Positions 25,958-38,056 of a stretch of DNA of 64,000 nucleotides are shown in pieces. The stretch comes from Malacoraja senta (lineage: Eukaryota), in contig CM075993.1 of the NCBI GenBank assembly GCA_038087875.1, positions 4,774,001-4,838,000 on the forward strand, in the 5' to 3' direction. The notes under the pieces were generated by a model. It saw only the letters and a program-made list of their open reading frames with translations. It was not told the origin of the DNA and did no database searches. The translations under genes were made by a program, and so were the position numbers. How positions within the stretch are numbered: position 1 is the first letter of the stretch; each line of letters starts with the position of its first letter.

Positions 25958-26097
25958 GGGGGTGGGAGATTGCAACCTTCACGTGGTCCGCCCTGTTTCG
26001 ACCAATGCAATCAACCTGGCGTGCACAATCAAATAAGATCAAATAGAATAAGTTGTCCGACAACTTTAGGCTGTGCACGCCATACGCAAGAAGAAGA
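25958..26097 (+). mobile_element. ~140-nt structured retroposon with (AAG)n tail, copy 1
   Basis: 12-bp TSD AGAGCCAGCAAA at 25946-25957 and 26098-26109; near-identical to 28220-28358. Confidence 0.85.
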
Positions 26098-26639
26098 AGA
26101 GCCAGCAAATACTTAATGGACTGAATGTTCTCTTTCTATATTGTGAGGAAATTTAAAAAAATAGGATAAAGTATATTTGTGGACATCAAGGAAATCATGA
26201 GAAATTAATCTGTTAAAAATTGGAATTGAATACGAACAGTCACAATTTTATTAAGTAGTGGCCCAGAGGAGAGAGGCATAATGCTCTCCACCTGCAGCTG
26301 CTTCTAAAATATTAATCTTAAAAGAAAATTCACTTTACTCAAGTTCACGTTTACAAAAGCAGATAACAAAACACAAGTTACAAGGAAACATCTGTGGGGT
26401 TTAAATATTGATACAATAAAAATTTACTGCAGGAGAGATTAGGTTTAGTGTAATTTAATTTCAAAACTTGCTAATATGCTGCAGCTTTGTAAGCATCACT
26501 ATAATTGAACAGGTTTGAAGCAATTTTCCATCGCAAAGAGCAAATTGAATTATGCAAGGTCTCAAAGCATACTTTAGCACACATGACCAAATCCCCAAAA
26601 TGGAGATTATGGATTTATTTGGCAATTTTGTATTTATAA

Positions 26640-26972
26640 AGGTACAGTGTCTCATATTTTGCTTGGGCAGCTCACAACCCAAGGGTATGAATATTGATTT
26701 CCCTAACTTCAAGTAACCCCTGCATTCCCTCTCTCTCCCAAGTCATACCAGCTTCAAAGTTTTATTGTACATTTTCATTAATTTGTTCTATATCTCTCTA
26801 CATCACCGTCTATATCTCTAGTTTCCCTTTCCCCTGACTCAGTCTGAAGAAGGCTCTCGACCCAAAACGTCACCTATTCCTTTTCTCCAGAAATGCTATC
26901 TGACCAGCTGAGTTACTCCAGCTTTTTGTGTCTATCTTCGGTTCAAACCAGCATCTGCAGTTCCTTTCTACA
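26640..26972 (+). mobile_element. Penelope-like 3' fragment
   Basis: Encodes LIFCLGSSQPKGMNIDFPNF, followed by the pseudo-LTR. Confidence 0.8.
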
Positions 26973-27337
26973 CTATTAGTTCAATCATTTTGGATATTCA
27001 AGATGGAGATTGATAGGAGTTTGGTTATTAAAGGAACCAAGGGACATGGGTTTTATATGGGAAAATTAGACTAATGTAACAGATCAGGCATGATCTAATT
27101 GAATGGCAGAGAAAGAACAATGGCCAAATAACTTAACCTTTTTGTGTGAATTGGCAGAGCAGAGGAAGGGTGGATATTTAAATCCTACCCTAAAGATTTG
27201 AGTGAAATATCTAGGCTGATCCTTCAGTGCCATACTGAGGGAATGCAGTGTTGTCTTTTGCTGAAAAAAAAATTGAGAATAATTGTTCTGTTTGTAATAG
27301 TGATGAAGTACTGCCTGGTGTATTATATTGGCTGCAA

Positions 27338-27500
27338 AGACGTTTCAAAGACATACAGGTTTGTAGGTTAATTGGCTTAGTATAAGCGTAAATTGTCCCT
27401 AGTGTTTGTAGGATAGAGTTAATGTGCTGGGATCGCTGGTCGGTGCGGACTCGGTAGGCCGAAGGTCTGTTTCCGCGCATTATCACTAAATTAAACTAAA
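27338..27500 (+). mobile_element. V-SINE 3' part
   Basis: caaagacatacaggtttgtaggttaattggc… through the tail. Confidence 0.75.
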
Positions 27501-28219
27501 ATATTAATTCCTCAACAAACCTACTCATCATTTTTTTCTGAGCAGAGCCTCAATCACTTAGTTCTGATGTAATTATGTGCTCAAATCTGGAATGGAACTT
27601 TGACCTATAATTGCCTGCCCCTAATCACTGGAGTCTGGTCACTGGATCTGGATTATTGTTGCTCTCTGTTGACTGCTGCATTTTGAACTGAAATCATGTG
27701 CATCTCCTGCTGCTTACACTTGCTTTGAATTACAAGTACACATTTTTGGCAGGGAGAGAGTAGATTTGAGGAAATGGTAGAAATATTCAGTGAACATCTT
27801 ATTGCTGGCATCTCTGCCTGGAAAAGTAAATAATAGGCATTGGGCATGGGAGATTATTTACTTCTGGGTCAGTCCAAATTGCTAAATTCCTTTTGTTTGC
27901 TGGGTATAAGGATCTATTGTGAACACAATTTGTGATCAACACAGCTCGTGGGGCAAATTATCTTGTGGGTTTGTACTATGTTACAGACGGATCTAACTTG
28001 AGCGCACAAGTTAGCCTGATCCTTCCAATGCAATTCAATTGCATTGCTGTAATTTTTTAGTGCATTGATGTGAAACTGAGTTTGTCATTTCAGATGTAGA
28101 AACCAAGAACTGCAGATGTTGGTTTACAAAAAAAGACACAGTGCTGGAGTAATTCAGTGAGACAGGCAGCATCTGTGGAGAGCATGGGCAAGTGATGTTC
28201 TGGGTCAGAACTTTTTTTC

Positions 28220-28358
28220 GGGGTGGGAGATTGCAACCTTCACATGGTCCGCCCTGTTTCAACGAATGCAATCAACCTGGCGTGCACAATCAAATAAGAT
28301 CAAATAGAACAAGTTGTCCTACAACTTTAGGCTGTGCACGCCATACGCAAGAAGAAGA
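28220..28358 (+). mobile_element. ~140-nt structured retroposon, copy 2, inserted in a Penelope LTR fragment
   Basis: 13-bp TSD with one mismatch at 28207-28219 and 28359-28371. Confidence 0.85.
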
Positions 28359-28894
28359 AGAACCTTTTTTCAGATGTCATTTCAGATGGATGTTAAAAAA
28401 TGCAAAGAGTTCTCCTTTGGTCCTGGCCAGCATTTATCCTACTTCTGCTAACTAAAACAGATAAGCTTTTTGTGAGAACTTTGTGGTGAAAGTGATCAAT
28501 TCATTATCTCTTTGAAGGAGTTTTCATTGGGGACCATCATGTGAAAAATGGATAGAAGTATCCTGCTGATATACAGTAGCAGGGATACATTTGAAGCAGT
28601 GTGCTGGTCTCATTGATCTTGGGATTGTTGGTACTAACATTGGATTTCTCAATTGCCATAGTGGAATTGCTTGTTTTGGATCTTTATATGATCATTTATA
28701 ATCATTGTTTATCAGCCTTTACAATTTAATTAGTTGATTGAGAAATAGTTATTAGCCTGAAATGAAACTTCAAAATCATAAGCAATAAAGGACATGCAGG
28801 AAAGGGACATCGGTGAAGTTTCTTGACTGTGTTGATTGGATCATTGCTGATGTCCTTTGATATTTGTTTCGCATTTTCTATTCATAGAAATAAT

Positions 28895-29610
28895 TTGGGA
28901 TTCAATTTTGGTCACACAGCTATCGGAAGGATGTTGTTAAGCTGGAAAGAGTGCAGAGAAGATTTATGAGGATGCTGCCAGGACTTGAGAGCCTGAAATA
29001 TAGGCAAAGGTTGGACAGACTAGGAGTTTGTTCCTTGGAGTGCAGGAGAATGAGTGGTGATCTTAGAGGTGTATGAGATCATAAGGGGAATAGATGAGGT
29101 GAATGCACAATATTTTACCCAGAGGAGGGGAATCAAGAATCAGAGAATGGAGGTTTCAAGTGAGTGGGGAAATATTTAATAGGAACCCGAGGGTAACATT
29201 TCACACAAAGCATGGTGGGTAAATGGAACGAGCTGTCAGCCGAGATAGTTCAGGTAGACACTAAAACACCATTTAAAAGACATTTGGACAGGTACATGGA
29301 TAGGAATTGGAATACTTTATTGTCACATGTGACAAGGCACAGTGAAATTCTTTGCTTGCATACCCAAGGTTTGCAAATAGTTGCCACATGAACAGCGCTG
29401 TCAAAGTTACAAAATATCCCATGCCGGCTCCCCCTTTGTTCTCCCCCCTCTCTCCCTCCCTCACAGCGGTCCCCCTCCCCAAGCCGGATAGGAAAGGTAT
29501 AGAGGGATATGGACCAAACGCAGGCAGGTGGGACAAGGTCAGACAGGGCATCTTTTGATCGGCATGAACACGCTGGGCCGAAGGGCCTGTTTCCGTGCTT
29601 TATTACTATT
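28895..29610 (+). mobile_element. Decayed CR1 LINE 3' end with an internal insertion (~29306-29487)
   Basis: Remnants VQFWS and LERVQRRFMRMLPGL; GGATAGGAA is duplicated around the insert. Confidence 0.8.
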
Positions 29611-29852
29611 GGGACTGAAGATAGACATGAAATGCTCGAGTAACTCAGTGGGTCAGGCAGCAATTCTGGAAAAAAAGAATAGATAACATTTCGGGTCGGA
29701 ACCCTTTTACAGACTGAAAGTACATCTTTTTTGTAAACCAGCATCTGCAGTTTCTTGTTTTTACTCTAAAGTTTTTAAATCTTTTTTATAAGCATGTTAT
29801 TTGTGCTTGAATCTTATGATGCAGGGTAGCTTGGTTAGTATGCTAATTAATT

Positions 29853-30160
29853 AAGATAAAAATGCTGGAGTAACTCAGTGGGACAAGCAGCATCTCTAAA
29901 TAGAAGGAATGGGTTAAGTTTCGGGTCGAGGCCCTTCTTCAGACTGAATCAGGGGGGAGGGAGATACAGAGATAAGGAAAAGTAAGGTGTGAAAACAAGA
30001 CATGGGATGGAGATCAAAGAAAATGTGGAATAGATCATTATTAGCTAGAAGGTAACAACAAAGCAAACAGAGATATAATGTAAACAAGGACAGTCAGACT
30101 AGTTGGAGAACTGGGAAGGGGGAGGGATGGAGAGATAGAAGGCAAATGTTACTTGAAGTT
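29853..30160 (-). mobile_element. Penelope-like 3' UTR/pseudo-LTR
   Basis: Collinear with the 50135-50345 copy. Confidence 0.75.
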
Positions 30161-30227
30161 TAGTTGCTCATGTTAAATTTGGAAGGTAAATTTAATTTAT
30201 TAAATAATAACCCATTGAAATACTAAT

Positions 30228-30905
30228 CATTGATAAAAAAATACATCCATTGATGCTCCTGAACACATCATCAGTGATGTAACCTGGGGGTCATTGGGTG
30301 TTTCGGGTCTTTCAACATCAGACACCCTCACCCAGGTGACCCAGCCGTTGTTGCTCAGACCACGACTTGTGTTCAGGTGATATTCGCTCCTCCCCATGGA
30401 CCTCCTCTTCTGATCCAGAGCCATCTCGAGGCTTTCTTCGCTGCCTCTGTGGTGTTCTTGATGGCTCTTCTCCTCTCCATTCCGTTGATGCCCAGTGCAA
30501 TCAAGGCTTTGTAGAGTGATTGCCCTGCAAAACCTCTGCAGCCAACCTCGATGGGCATACACCTTGCCTTCCAGCCCTGCTTATGGCAGTCTGTGACCAG
30601 CTCTTTGTACTTGGTCTTCTTCCTCTCGTGGGCCTCCTCCAGACGGTCCTCCCACTGCACTGTCAGTTCCAACAAGACGATGTTTTTGGTCGCCTCTGAG
30701 ACCAGGAGAATGTCTGGCCTCAGGGTGGTTGTGGCAATGTGCTGTGGGAACTTCAGCTGTTTCACCAGGTCTACAGAAAGCTGCCAGTCCTGCGCAGTCG
30801 CCAGGATTCCTGACGGATTCCTGGCTGCTGTGGTTCTTGGCAGCTGCACTCCGGCCTTCATGAAGGTGATCATCTGGGTGGTGGGGCGTTCTCGTCTGCA
30901 GCTGC
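30228..30905 (-). mobile_element. 5'-truncated HERO-clade (restriction-like endonuclease) non-LTR retrotransposon
   Basis: ORF 30373-30921 contains LRPDILL…ELTVQWE…HERKKTKY…IEVGCRGF…SRWLWIRR, followed by a 3' UTR. Confidence 0.8.
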
Positions 30906-32027
30906 TGATCATAGTCAACAAAAATTATAATGGTGCAGCAATGCAGGAATAACTTCTCTTTAGAGTGTCAAATACACTCAAATTGTGTGGGCAAATCTGC
31001 AGATCAGTTATAATTCAAGAAGCATGCAGGACTGAAGGTCACATTGTCTGTGTTTCTTTCCAAAAAGAACTTCTGTTTGTATCATTAGGAGAAAGCCGAC
31101 GTGGTTGGACAACTAAGCAGGATGAAAAGAGGTCTATTTTTGTTCAGTCAGATGATCATCTCATTAAGCACAGTATATTTTAGAAATGGTGGAGACAGAA
31201 TGTGTCCTTAACTGTAGCCTGTGCAAGTACTGTACTGAAGTACTTCGATGGAAGAGAATTCTGAAGAATCCACTTGTAGGCCCTACTTTTTCCTCTGTAT
31301 GTATCTTTTTGACTACATGCCACTTTGGAAAGATCAAATGCTCTCTTATAAATCATCACCTGATGTTACTGCTACAAATTCCTCTTGACTTTTCGCTGTA
31401 ATAATCCATTTGTAGTTCTATTCTAGTAGGGGATTTTCAATCATTTATAGTTTGGAATATGGTTAGAATGAATAAAATTTTCTGCCTGAATGGAAGATTA
31501 GTTTCTCTATCTGTTTGACAAGAGAACAGCTGACAGACATGCATCGTAAATATTAATATAGTTTAAAGTTGTGATGAAGAAACTATTTATGGTGTTGACT
31601 GAATATAGTCTGGAAGTGCTTAGTCAACAAAAACTTGCTGACAGTGTCCCTTTATTTTCTGATTATTTTGTATAAATTGCACCTATTTGGCCACTAATTT
31701 CCTCTCCCATCTCTGCATTAAGCATTGGAAGTTGTTGATTTACTCCATTGACCATTCTTTAATTGTGAGCATGCAAAGAATGACTGCTGTAGTCCATTCA
31801 ACCAAGCAGCCCCTCATGTCAACCTATAGTCTGCGTACTCGAGTAGCTTTGCCAGTTCACTTTCTTTCATTTGTGCTCTTATTTATTGTACACTGCTTTG
31901 ATTCTGCTTTGTTTTAGTGTTTCATTACAGGTTTATAAGGTAGTTTGAAATTTGGTTGCAAGGTCCAAATTAAATTTTTAGCCCCCAATATTGTAGAAAA
32001 TGTTGAAACAGAGAAGACAGTCAAAGT

Positions 32028-32262
32028 TGGACACAAAAAGCTGGAGTAATTCAGCGGGGTCAGATAGCACCGCTGGAGAAAAGGAATAGGTGACATTTCG
32101 GGTCGAGACCCTTCTTCAGACTGAGAGTCAGGGGAATCAGTCAGAAGAAGGATCTCAACCTGAAAAGTCACCTATTCTTTTTCTCCAGAGATGCTGTCTG
32201 ACCCGCTGAGTTACTCCAGCTTTTTGCGTCTTAAACCAGCATCTGTAGTTCCTTCCTACACA
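32028..32262. mobile_element. Fold-back Penelope pseudo-LTR element
   Basis: Inverted arms ~32031-32125 and ~32135-32230. Confidence 0.8.
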
Positions 32263-32536
32263 CAGAAGTTAGCCATCCAGGCCATTGCTGGTTGCAAAAG
32301 ACTGAATAAGTGCTGAAGGCTAGAGGCGTGAAGGAGATAAAGTGTGTCAGATAAATAGAGAAGAAGAGGAGTGTATTGTAAAGTGCCAAGCTTTACATTT
32401 CCAACTCTGACTTTACATTTCATTCCTCCTCCTCTTTCCTTATCTGACACCCTTTAGTCTCCTTTTCACCTCTAACCTTTGTCAACTACTCAACCCAGTA
32501 GCCAACCACCAACTCTCTCTCATTGTCTGTATTCTG

Positions 32537-32572
32537 ACACACACACTTACACACACACACACACACACACAC
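32537..32572. repeat. (CA)n microsatellite
   Basis: Seen directly. Confidence 0.9.
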
Positions 32573-33059
32573 GGACAAAGGTCGACACAAGCACTGTTTA
32601 TGTATCACATCTACGTGGCCATTATTAAAGAGTGAGCCTTACGACAAGCACAGGCCAATTGGAATGAAGACCAATCCAAAGAAACAATATCAGAGGAATC
32701 ACTGAAACGCAGATGCCCCATGTGTCAAGGAAGACATTAAAAATGTCCCATCATAATAAACAATGATAATCCTGCAAGACCAAGGGTAACCCAGTTGACC
32801 TCACTATGTACAAATGATTAATAATTGACAAGAGCCAGGCATAGCTTTGCAGTTGAAAACTTTTCTTAGGGGCAGGCAATTATAGGTCGGTTCCACTCCT
32901 GATTTGAGCACAAAATTACATCAGAACTAAGTGAATGAGGAAAAAAATGATGAGTAGGATTGGTGTGAGCATCTATGTTTGGATTTGCAAAAGATGGGCA
33001 ATGTCCTCAATGTATGTTTTGCCTGTATCACGGTGTAAAACTAGGGAGATTGGTAAAGT

Positions 33060-34608
33060 TAATTAGGATACCTTGGGGATATGTGCAGAAGAGGAGGTGC
33101 TGGATGTCTTAAAACATTTGAAGGTAGATAAATCTCTGGGGCCTGATCAAGCATATCCTAGAACAATGTGGTAAGCTGGAGAAAAAACTGCAGGCACCCT
33201 AACAGAGATGTATGCATCATTGTTAGCCATGCGTGAGATCCTGGTAGGTGGCTAGTGTATTTAAGAAGGAATGTAAACAAAATCTTGGGAACTATAGACC
33301 AGAAAGCCAGACATATGCGATCAGTAAATTACTGGAGAGGATTCTGGGCAACAAGATATAAATGCATTTGGAAAGACCGGAGTTGATTAGGGACAGTAGG
33401 CACAAATTTGTGTGGGGGAAATTGTTTATCACGAATTGGATTGAGTTTTTTGAAGTAACCAAGATAGCCGATGAGGCCAGGACGGTAAACGTAGTCTATA
33501 CAGACTTCAGCACGGCCTTTGGTACGGATCAGCATGGTAGATCACTCTGGAAGGTTAGATTGCATAGAATCCATGAAGAGCTAGCTATTTGGATAGACTT
33601 GATGGTAGGAAGCAGAGGGTGATGCTGGAAGGTTGCTTCTTGGGCTGGAGCCTGTCACTGTAGTCGGACTCAGGGGCCAGTGATGGGCACATTGTTATTT
33701 GTCATTTACATCAATGATGTGATGGGAATGTATATGGCATGGTTAGTAAGTATCCAAATGACACTAAAATAGGTGATATTGTAGACAGTGAAGATGATTA
33801 TCAAGAACTGTAGCGGGATCTTAATTAACTGGGAAAGTGGGCTGAGGAATGGTAAATAGAAGTTTATTCGGTTTAATGCAAGGTATTGCATTTTGGAAAA
33901 TCAAATTAGCTAGAACTTTCACTGTCAACAGTCAGGCCCTGTGCAGTGTTATAAAACTGAGAGTCCCAGCAGTACAAGTACACAGTTCCTGAAAGTGGCA
34001 ACAGACTGACAGGATGGTGAAAGCTTCCTGTAAGGTATTGAGCATAGAAATTGAGACGTTATGTTGCAGTTGTACAAGACGTTGGTGAGGCTGTACAAAG
34101 AATATTGCGTTCAGTTTAGGTCACCCTGCCAAAGGAAAAATACCTTTAAGCTGGAAAGAGTGCAGAAAAGATTTTAGGATGATGCTACCACTTGAGCGAC
34201 TTGAATTATCCAGATGAGTTTACACATTTTTGGACTTTATGACTTGGAGCATAGAAGAGGTGATCTTACGGAGGTGTATAAAATCATGAGGGCATAGTTA
34301 GGGTGAATGCACACAGCCTTTTCCCCCCAGGACTAAGGAAATAAGAACAAGAGGGGGAAGTTTCAATAGGTACCCGATGGACAACTTCTTCACACAAAGA
34401 GTGGTGGGCATATGGAATGAGCTGCCAGAGGATGCATTTGAAGCAGGTACAATAACAACATTTAAAAAGACATTTGGACAGGTTAGGGATGGTCTGGAGG
34501 GATACAGGCCAAACATGGACAAATGGGACTAGCATATATGGGCTTCTTGCTCAGCACGGATACATTAAACCATAGGAGCTGTTTCAGTGCTGTACAACAC
34601 TGACTCTA
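33060..34608 (+). mobile_element. Decayed CR1 LINE ORF2
   Basis: Remnants DKSLGPD, GNYRP, NWIEFFE, VVYTDFSTAF and LERVQKRF, with stops and frameshifts. Confidence 0.85.
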
Positions 34609-35122
34609 GATACATAGATACATAGAAAATAGGTGCAGGAGTAGGCCATTCAATATGATCATGGCTGATCATCCAACTCAGTATCCCGTACCTGCCTTCT
34701 CTCCATACCCCCTGATCCCCTTAGCCACAAGGGCCACATCTAACTCCCTCTTAAATATAGCCAATGAACTGGCCTAAACTAACCTCTGTGGCAGAGAGTT
34801 CCAGAGATTCACCACTTTCTGTGTGAAAATTTTTTTCCTCATCTCGGTCTTAAAGGATTTCCCCCTTATCCTTAAGCTGTGACCCCTTGTCCTGGACTTC
34901 CCCAACATCGGGAACAATCTTCCTGCATCTAGCCTGTCCAACCCCATAAGAATTTTGTACGTTTCTATAAGATCCCCTCTCAATCTCCTAAATTCTAGCG
35001 AGTATAAGCCAAGTCTATCCAGTCTTTCTTCATATGAAAGTCCTGACATCCCAGGAATCAGTCTGGTGAACCTTCTCTGCACTCCCTCTATGGCTATAAT
35101 GTCCTTCCTCAGATTTGGACAT
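34608..35122 (-). mobile_element. Younger CR1 LINE 3' fragment, tail-to-tail with the previous copy
   Basis: ORF QRRFTRLIPGMSGLSYEERLDRLGLYSLE; (catagata)n tail. Confidence 0.9.
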
Positions 35123-36335
35123 TCCTCAGATGTGGAATAACATCATTCCATAGCATTGTTTTAAAGAGAGAGCATGAACATTTTAGCTCCAGAGAGAGCA
35201 GATAGGATCTCTGTTTCACATCTCAAAGCGTAACAATCCCTCAGTAATACACAAGTGTACTGCCCTAAAATTTCATTTTGCTCCAAACTAGAGTTGGATT
35301 TGAAAATATGACATTCAGATTTAGAAGCAAGGGTGCCAGCAATTGAAAAACTGGGGCAACCCTGTGGAAAAACTGAACACCAAATTTACGATATTTCATT
35401 AAAAAAACACAAAGTGCTGGAGTAACTCCACAAATCAGGCAGTATCCATGGAGAAGATGGATAGGTTATGTCACGGGTCAGATTCCAAATTCTTCAAAGG
35501 AAGTCCCGACATCCCAATCTGAAATGTCGCTTTCCGTTTTCCAGGGATACTGCCTGATCCGTTGAGTTGCCCCAGCACTTTGTGTCTTTTATTCTGTAAA
35601 CCAACAACTGTAGTTTCTTGCTTCTACCATCTTTCAGTGTACATGTTGTAACAATATATTCAAAGTTCCAAACTTTCCATTTCCAATCAAGCAGTAACAA
35701 ATGGAAAGATTATAGTTTCCTTGGACAATTGAAATTAAAAATTAAGTCAAGGTTTCACTTTTTTCCTTGGATTCACTAGATGGTGTCTGTCTTGTTGCAG
35801 GTGCAGCAGTTTCAATAAGTGGCTTGCCTGCACTTTCTCACAAAAAGGCAGAGAAGCTCTATGACATCTCTATTGTCCAGTGTTCTAAACAATTCACAAA
35901 AATGACAGAAAGTAAATCATCGAAGGGATCTATACGAGACGTTGCCTCAAAAAGGTAGCCAACATCAACAGCAGTAGAACTCCATGACCACTTCTCCTCA
36001 TTTCACTCCTACCAAGAAGAAGGTATACGTGCCTCAAAACTGTGACGTCCAGGTTCAGGAGCAGCTTCTTTCCAACAACCAGCAGCGTATTGAATACTAC
36101 GAACTCCAATTACACTCTGAACTACAAGCTGCCTTGATTACGCTAGGGACTTGGGGAGGGGGGCATTGTTTTTGTCATTGTATTATTTGTTTGTTTTTGT
36201 ATGTTGAAATGTTTGTTACGTACTATGATGTCAACTGAGTATGATGTTTACATATCTATTGTGCTGCTGCAAGTAAGAATTTCATTCATTTATTTCGGGA
36301 GAAATAACAATGAAACCCTCATGACTCTCGAACGT

Positions 36336-36442
36336 ACACAAAAATGCTGGACCACGTTCGAGAGTCTTCGAAACTCAGCGGGTGCAGCAGCATCTATGGA
36401 GCGAAGGAAATAGGCAACGTTTCGGGCCGAAACCCTTCTTCA
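36336..36442 (-). mobile_element. Penelope pseudo-LTR element with TSD and an internal inverted copy of its flank
   Basis: GACTCTCGAACGT at 36323 and 36443; reverse complement of the flank at 36350-36366. Confidence 0.8.
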
Positions 36443-38017
36443 GACTCTCGAACGTGGTCTGTCATTAATGTATGTACTTCTCTGGATGATGGAAAAGCAA
36501 AAGGACATTCAAATGTATATTCAGATATTGTAATTTAGTTTGCAACCTAATCCATTTTTCAGCAGCTTATGCGTTGAAAGTCTATACAGAAATACTGTAC
36601 AAAACACCTGTTGAATGCTTTCACATTGTGATTATTAGCGTACTAATTCATGTAGGGTTATATTTCATTTTTTCATCGTTGCAATAATAACAATCACTTA
36701 TGGTTTAGATACCACTGCTAATGCTGCGAAACTTTAACATGTTCTATGGGATTATTATCAGACAAAGAAACTACATTAAGAGATATTAGGGTGGGTCCCC
36801 AAATATTAAGGAACATCCTAAAGATGGAGAGGTAGAGTTGCAGAGGTTTAGGAAAGCCATTCAGTAAAATAGGCATTGATAGCGAAAGGAGACTACAAAC
36901 TTTAAGGTTGAAGAAGCAGCTAAAACTGGATTGCAATATATGGTATTGATAATTGGGCAGAAAGGACGTTTGAAAATAGATATATTTTTAAAAAGAAAGT
37001 GCTTATTAACCAGGGACTTGTATAGAACAGCATCTACCAGGATTATGGGCAAAGCAATCCTTCGTCTATGTTGGAACAAAGCAATAGAGTAACATGATCT
37101 CAAGTTTATGGAGGATGGTGGAGCGCCACTCCATGATCCCTGGTGTAGGATACAAGTCACAGATGAGGCATGCCATGATTACATCCAAAATTTGGATGCA
37201 AAATTACATCCAAAACAAGGATGCGTTTAAACCAGAGATAAACATTTTGCTAGTTTTCCAAAGCCATTACATACCAAATAAAATGAAAATTAAATGTATT
37301 ATCAAAAGCTGTCAGTTTTCTCTTTTCCAGATTTTTTAAAAACATAATTGGATTGTAAAACTATCTTTTTTAATCCACTAGGAACTAGGGTAGATTCAAA
37401 TTAAATGTGACAATAAAGACATTAATCGGGGTAGATCACATAGGCAGCTTTAAGATAGTTTTGCAAATTTGGAAGATAAAACAAAGCAGGTGGGTTTAAT
37501 ATTCAATTCATACATAAACTGAGAGCACTAGGCTGTAACACTGAAATATGGCAAAAGAGTCGAGGAGATGGGGAGAGAGAACCAGAAGACAGCAATAAAA
37601 TCGTATTCGCATCTTCAATGGCAAAGACTGCAGTGATGTTTGAGACAAAGGGTACAAAATAATTTGCGATTCAAAAATGAAACCCATGCACGTAATGGGA
37701 TGTGATGCTACTCGCAGATCCGCTTGTGAAATGGATCGTTTGACAAAGGGCCCAAAAAGAGAGACTGTCCGGTTTGGACCGCCTAATATTTAAAACTCTC
37801 ATCACTGAAGATCATCACCTCTTTAATAGGCCTGTCGGCTAATTGACGGAGATTGATTACAACGATTTGTGAAGTCCATTGTGGTTGCATCACGATAGAA
37901 GAAAGGGAACCGGTTGGGCCGTTGTATTTATTCGTCCTGAAATTACTCGGGGTAAGGTGGAGATTGAAGGTGAAAATTAAAGCGTCTGCGTTGATTTCTA
38001 ACTGATTATTCACAGAG

Positions 38018-38056
38018 TGAGAGAGAGAGGGAGAGACACACACACACACACACACA
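38018..38056. repeat. (GA)n(CA)n compound microsatellite at the start of SCAPER intron 1
   Basis: Seen directly. Confidence 0.9.

Noticed and set aside
28533-28540. ATGATG|gt on the minus strand as the mammal-like 'MM' SCAPER exon 2
   Set aside because: The donor context (gtcccc) is very poor and there is no clear upstream acceptor.
30290-30325. CTGATG…GAAAC in the HERO 3' UTR as a second hammerhead
   Set aside because: The core reads CTGATGT, lacking A9, and there is no convincing stem II or NUH placement.
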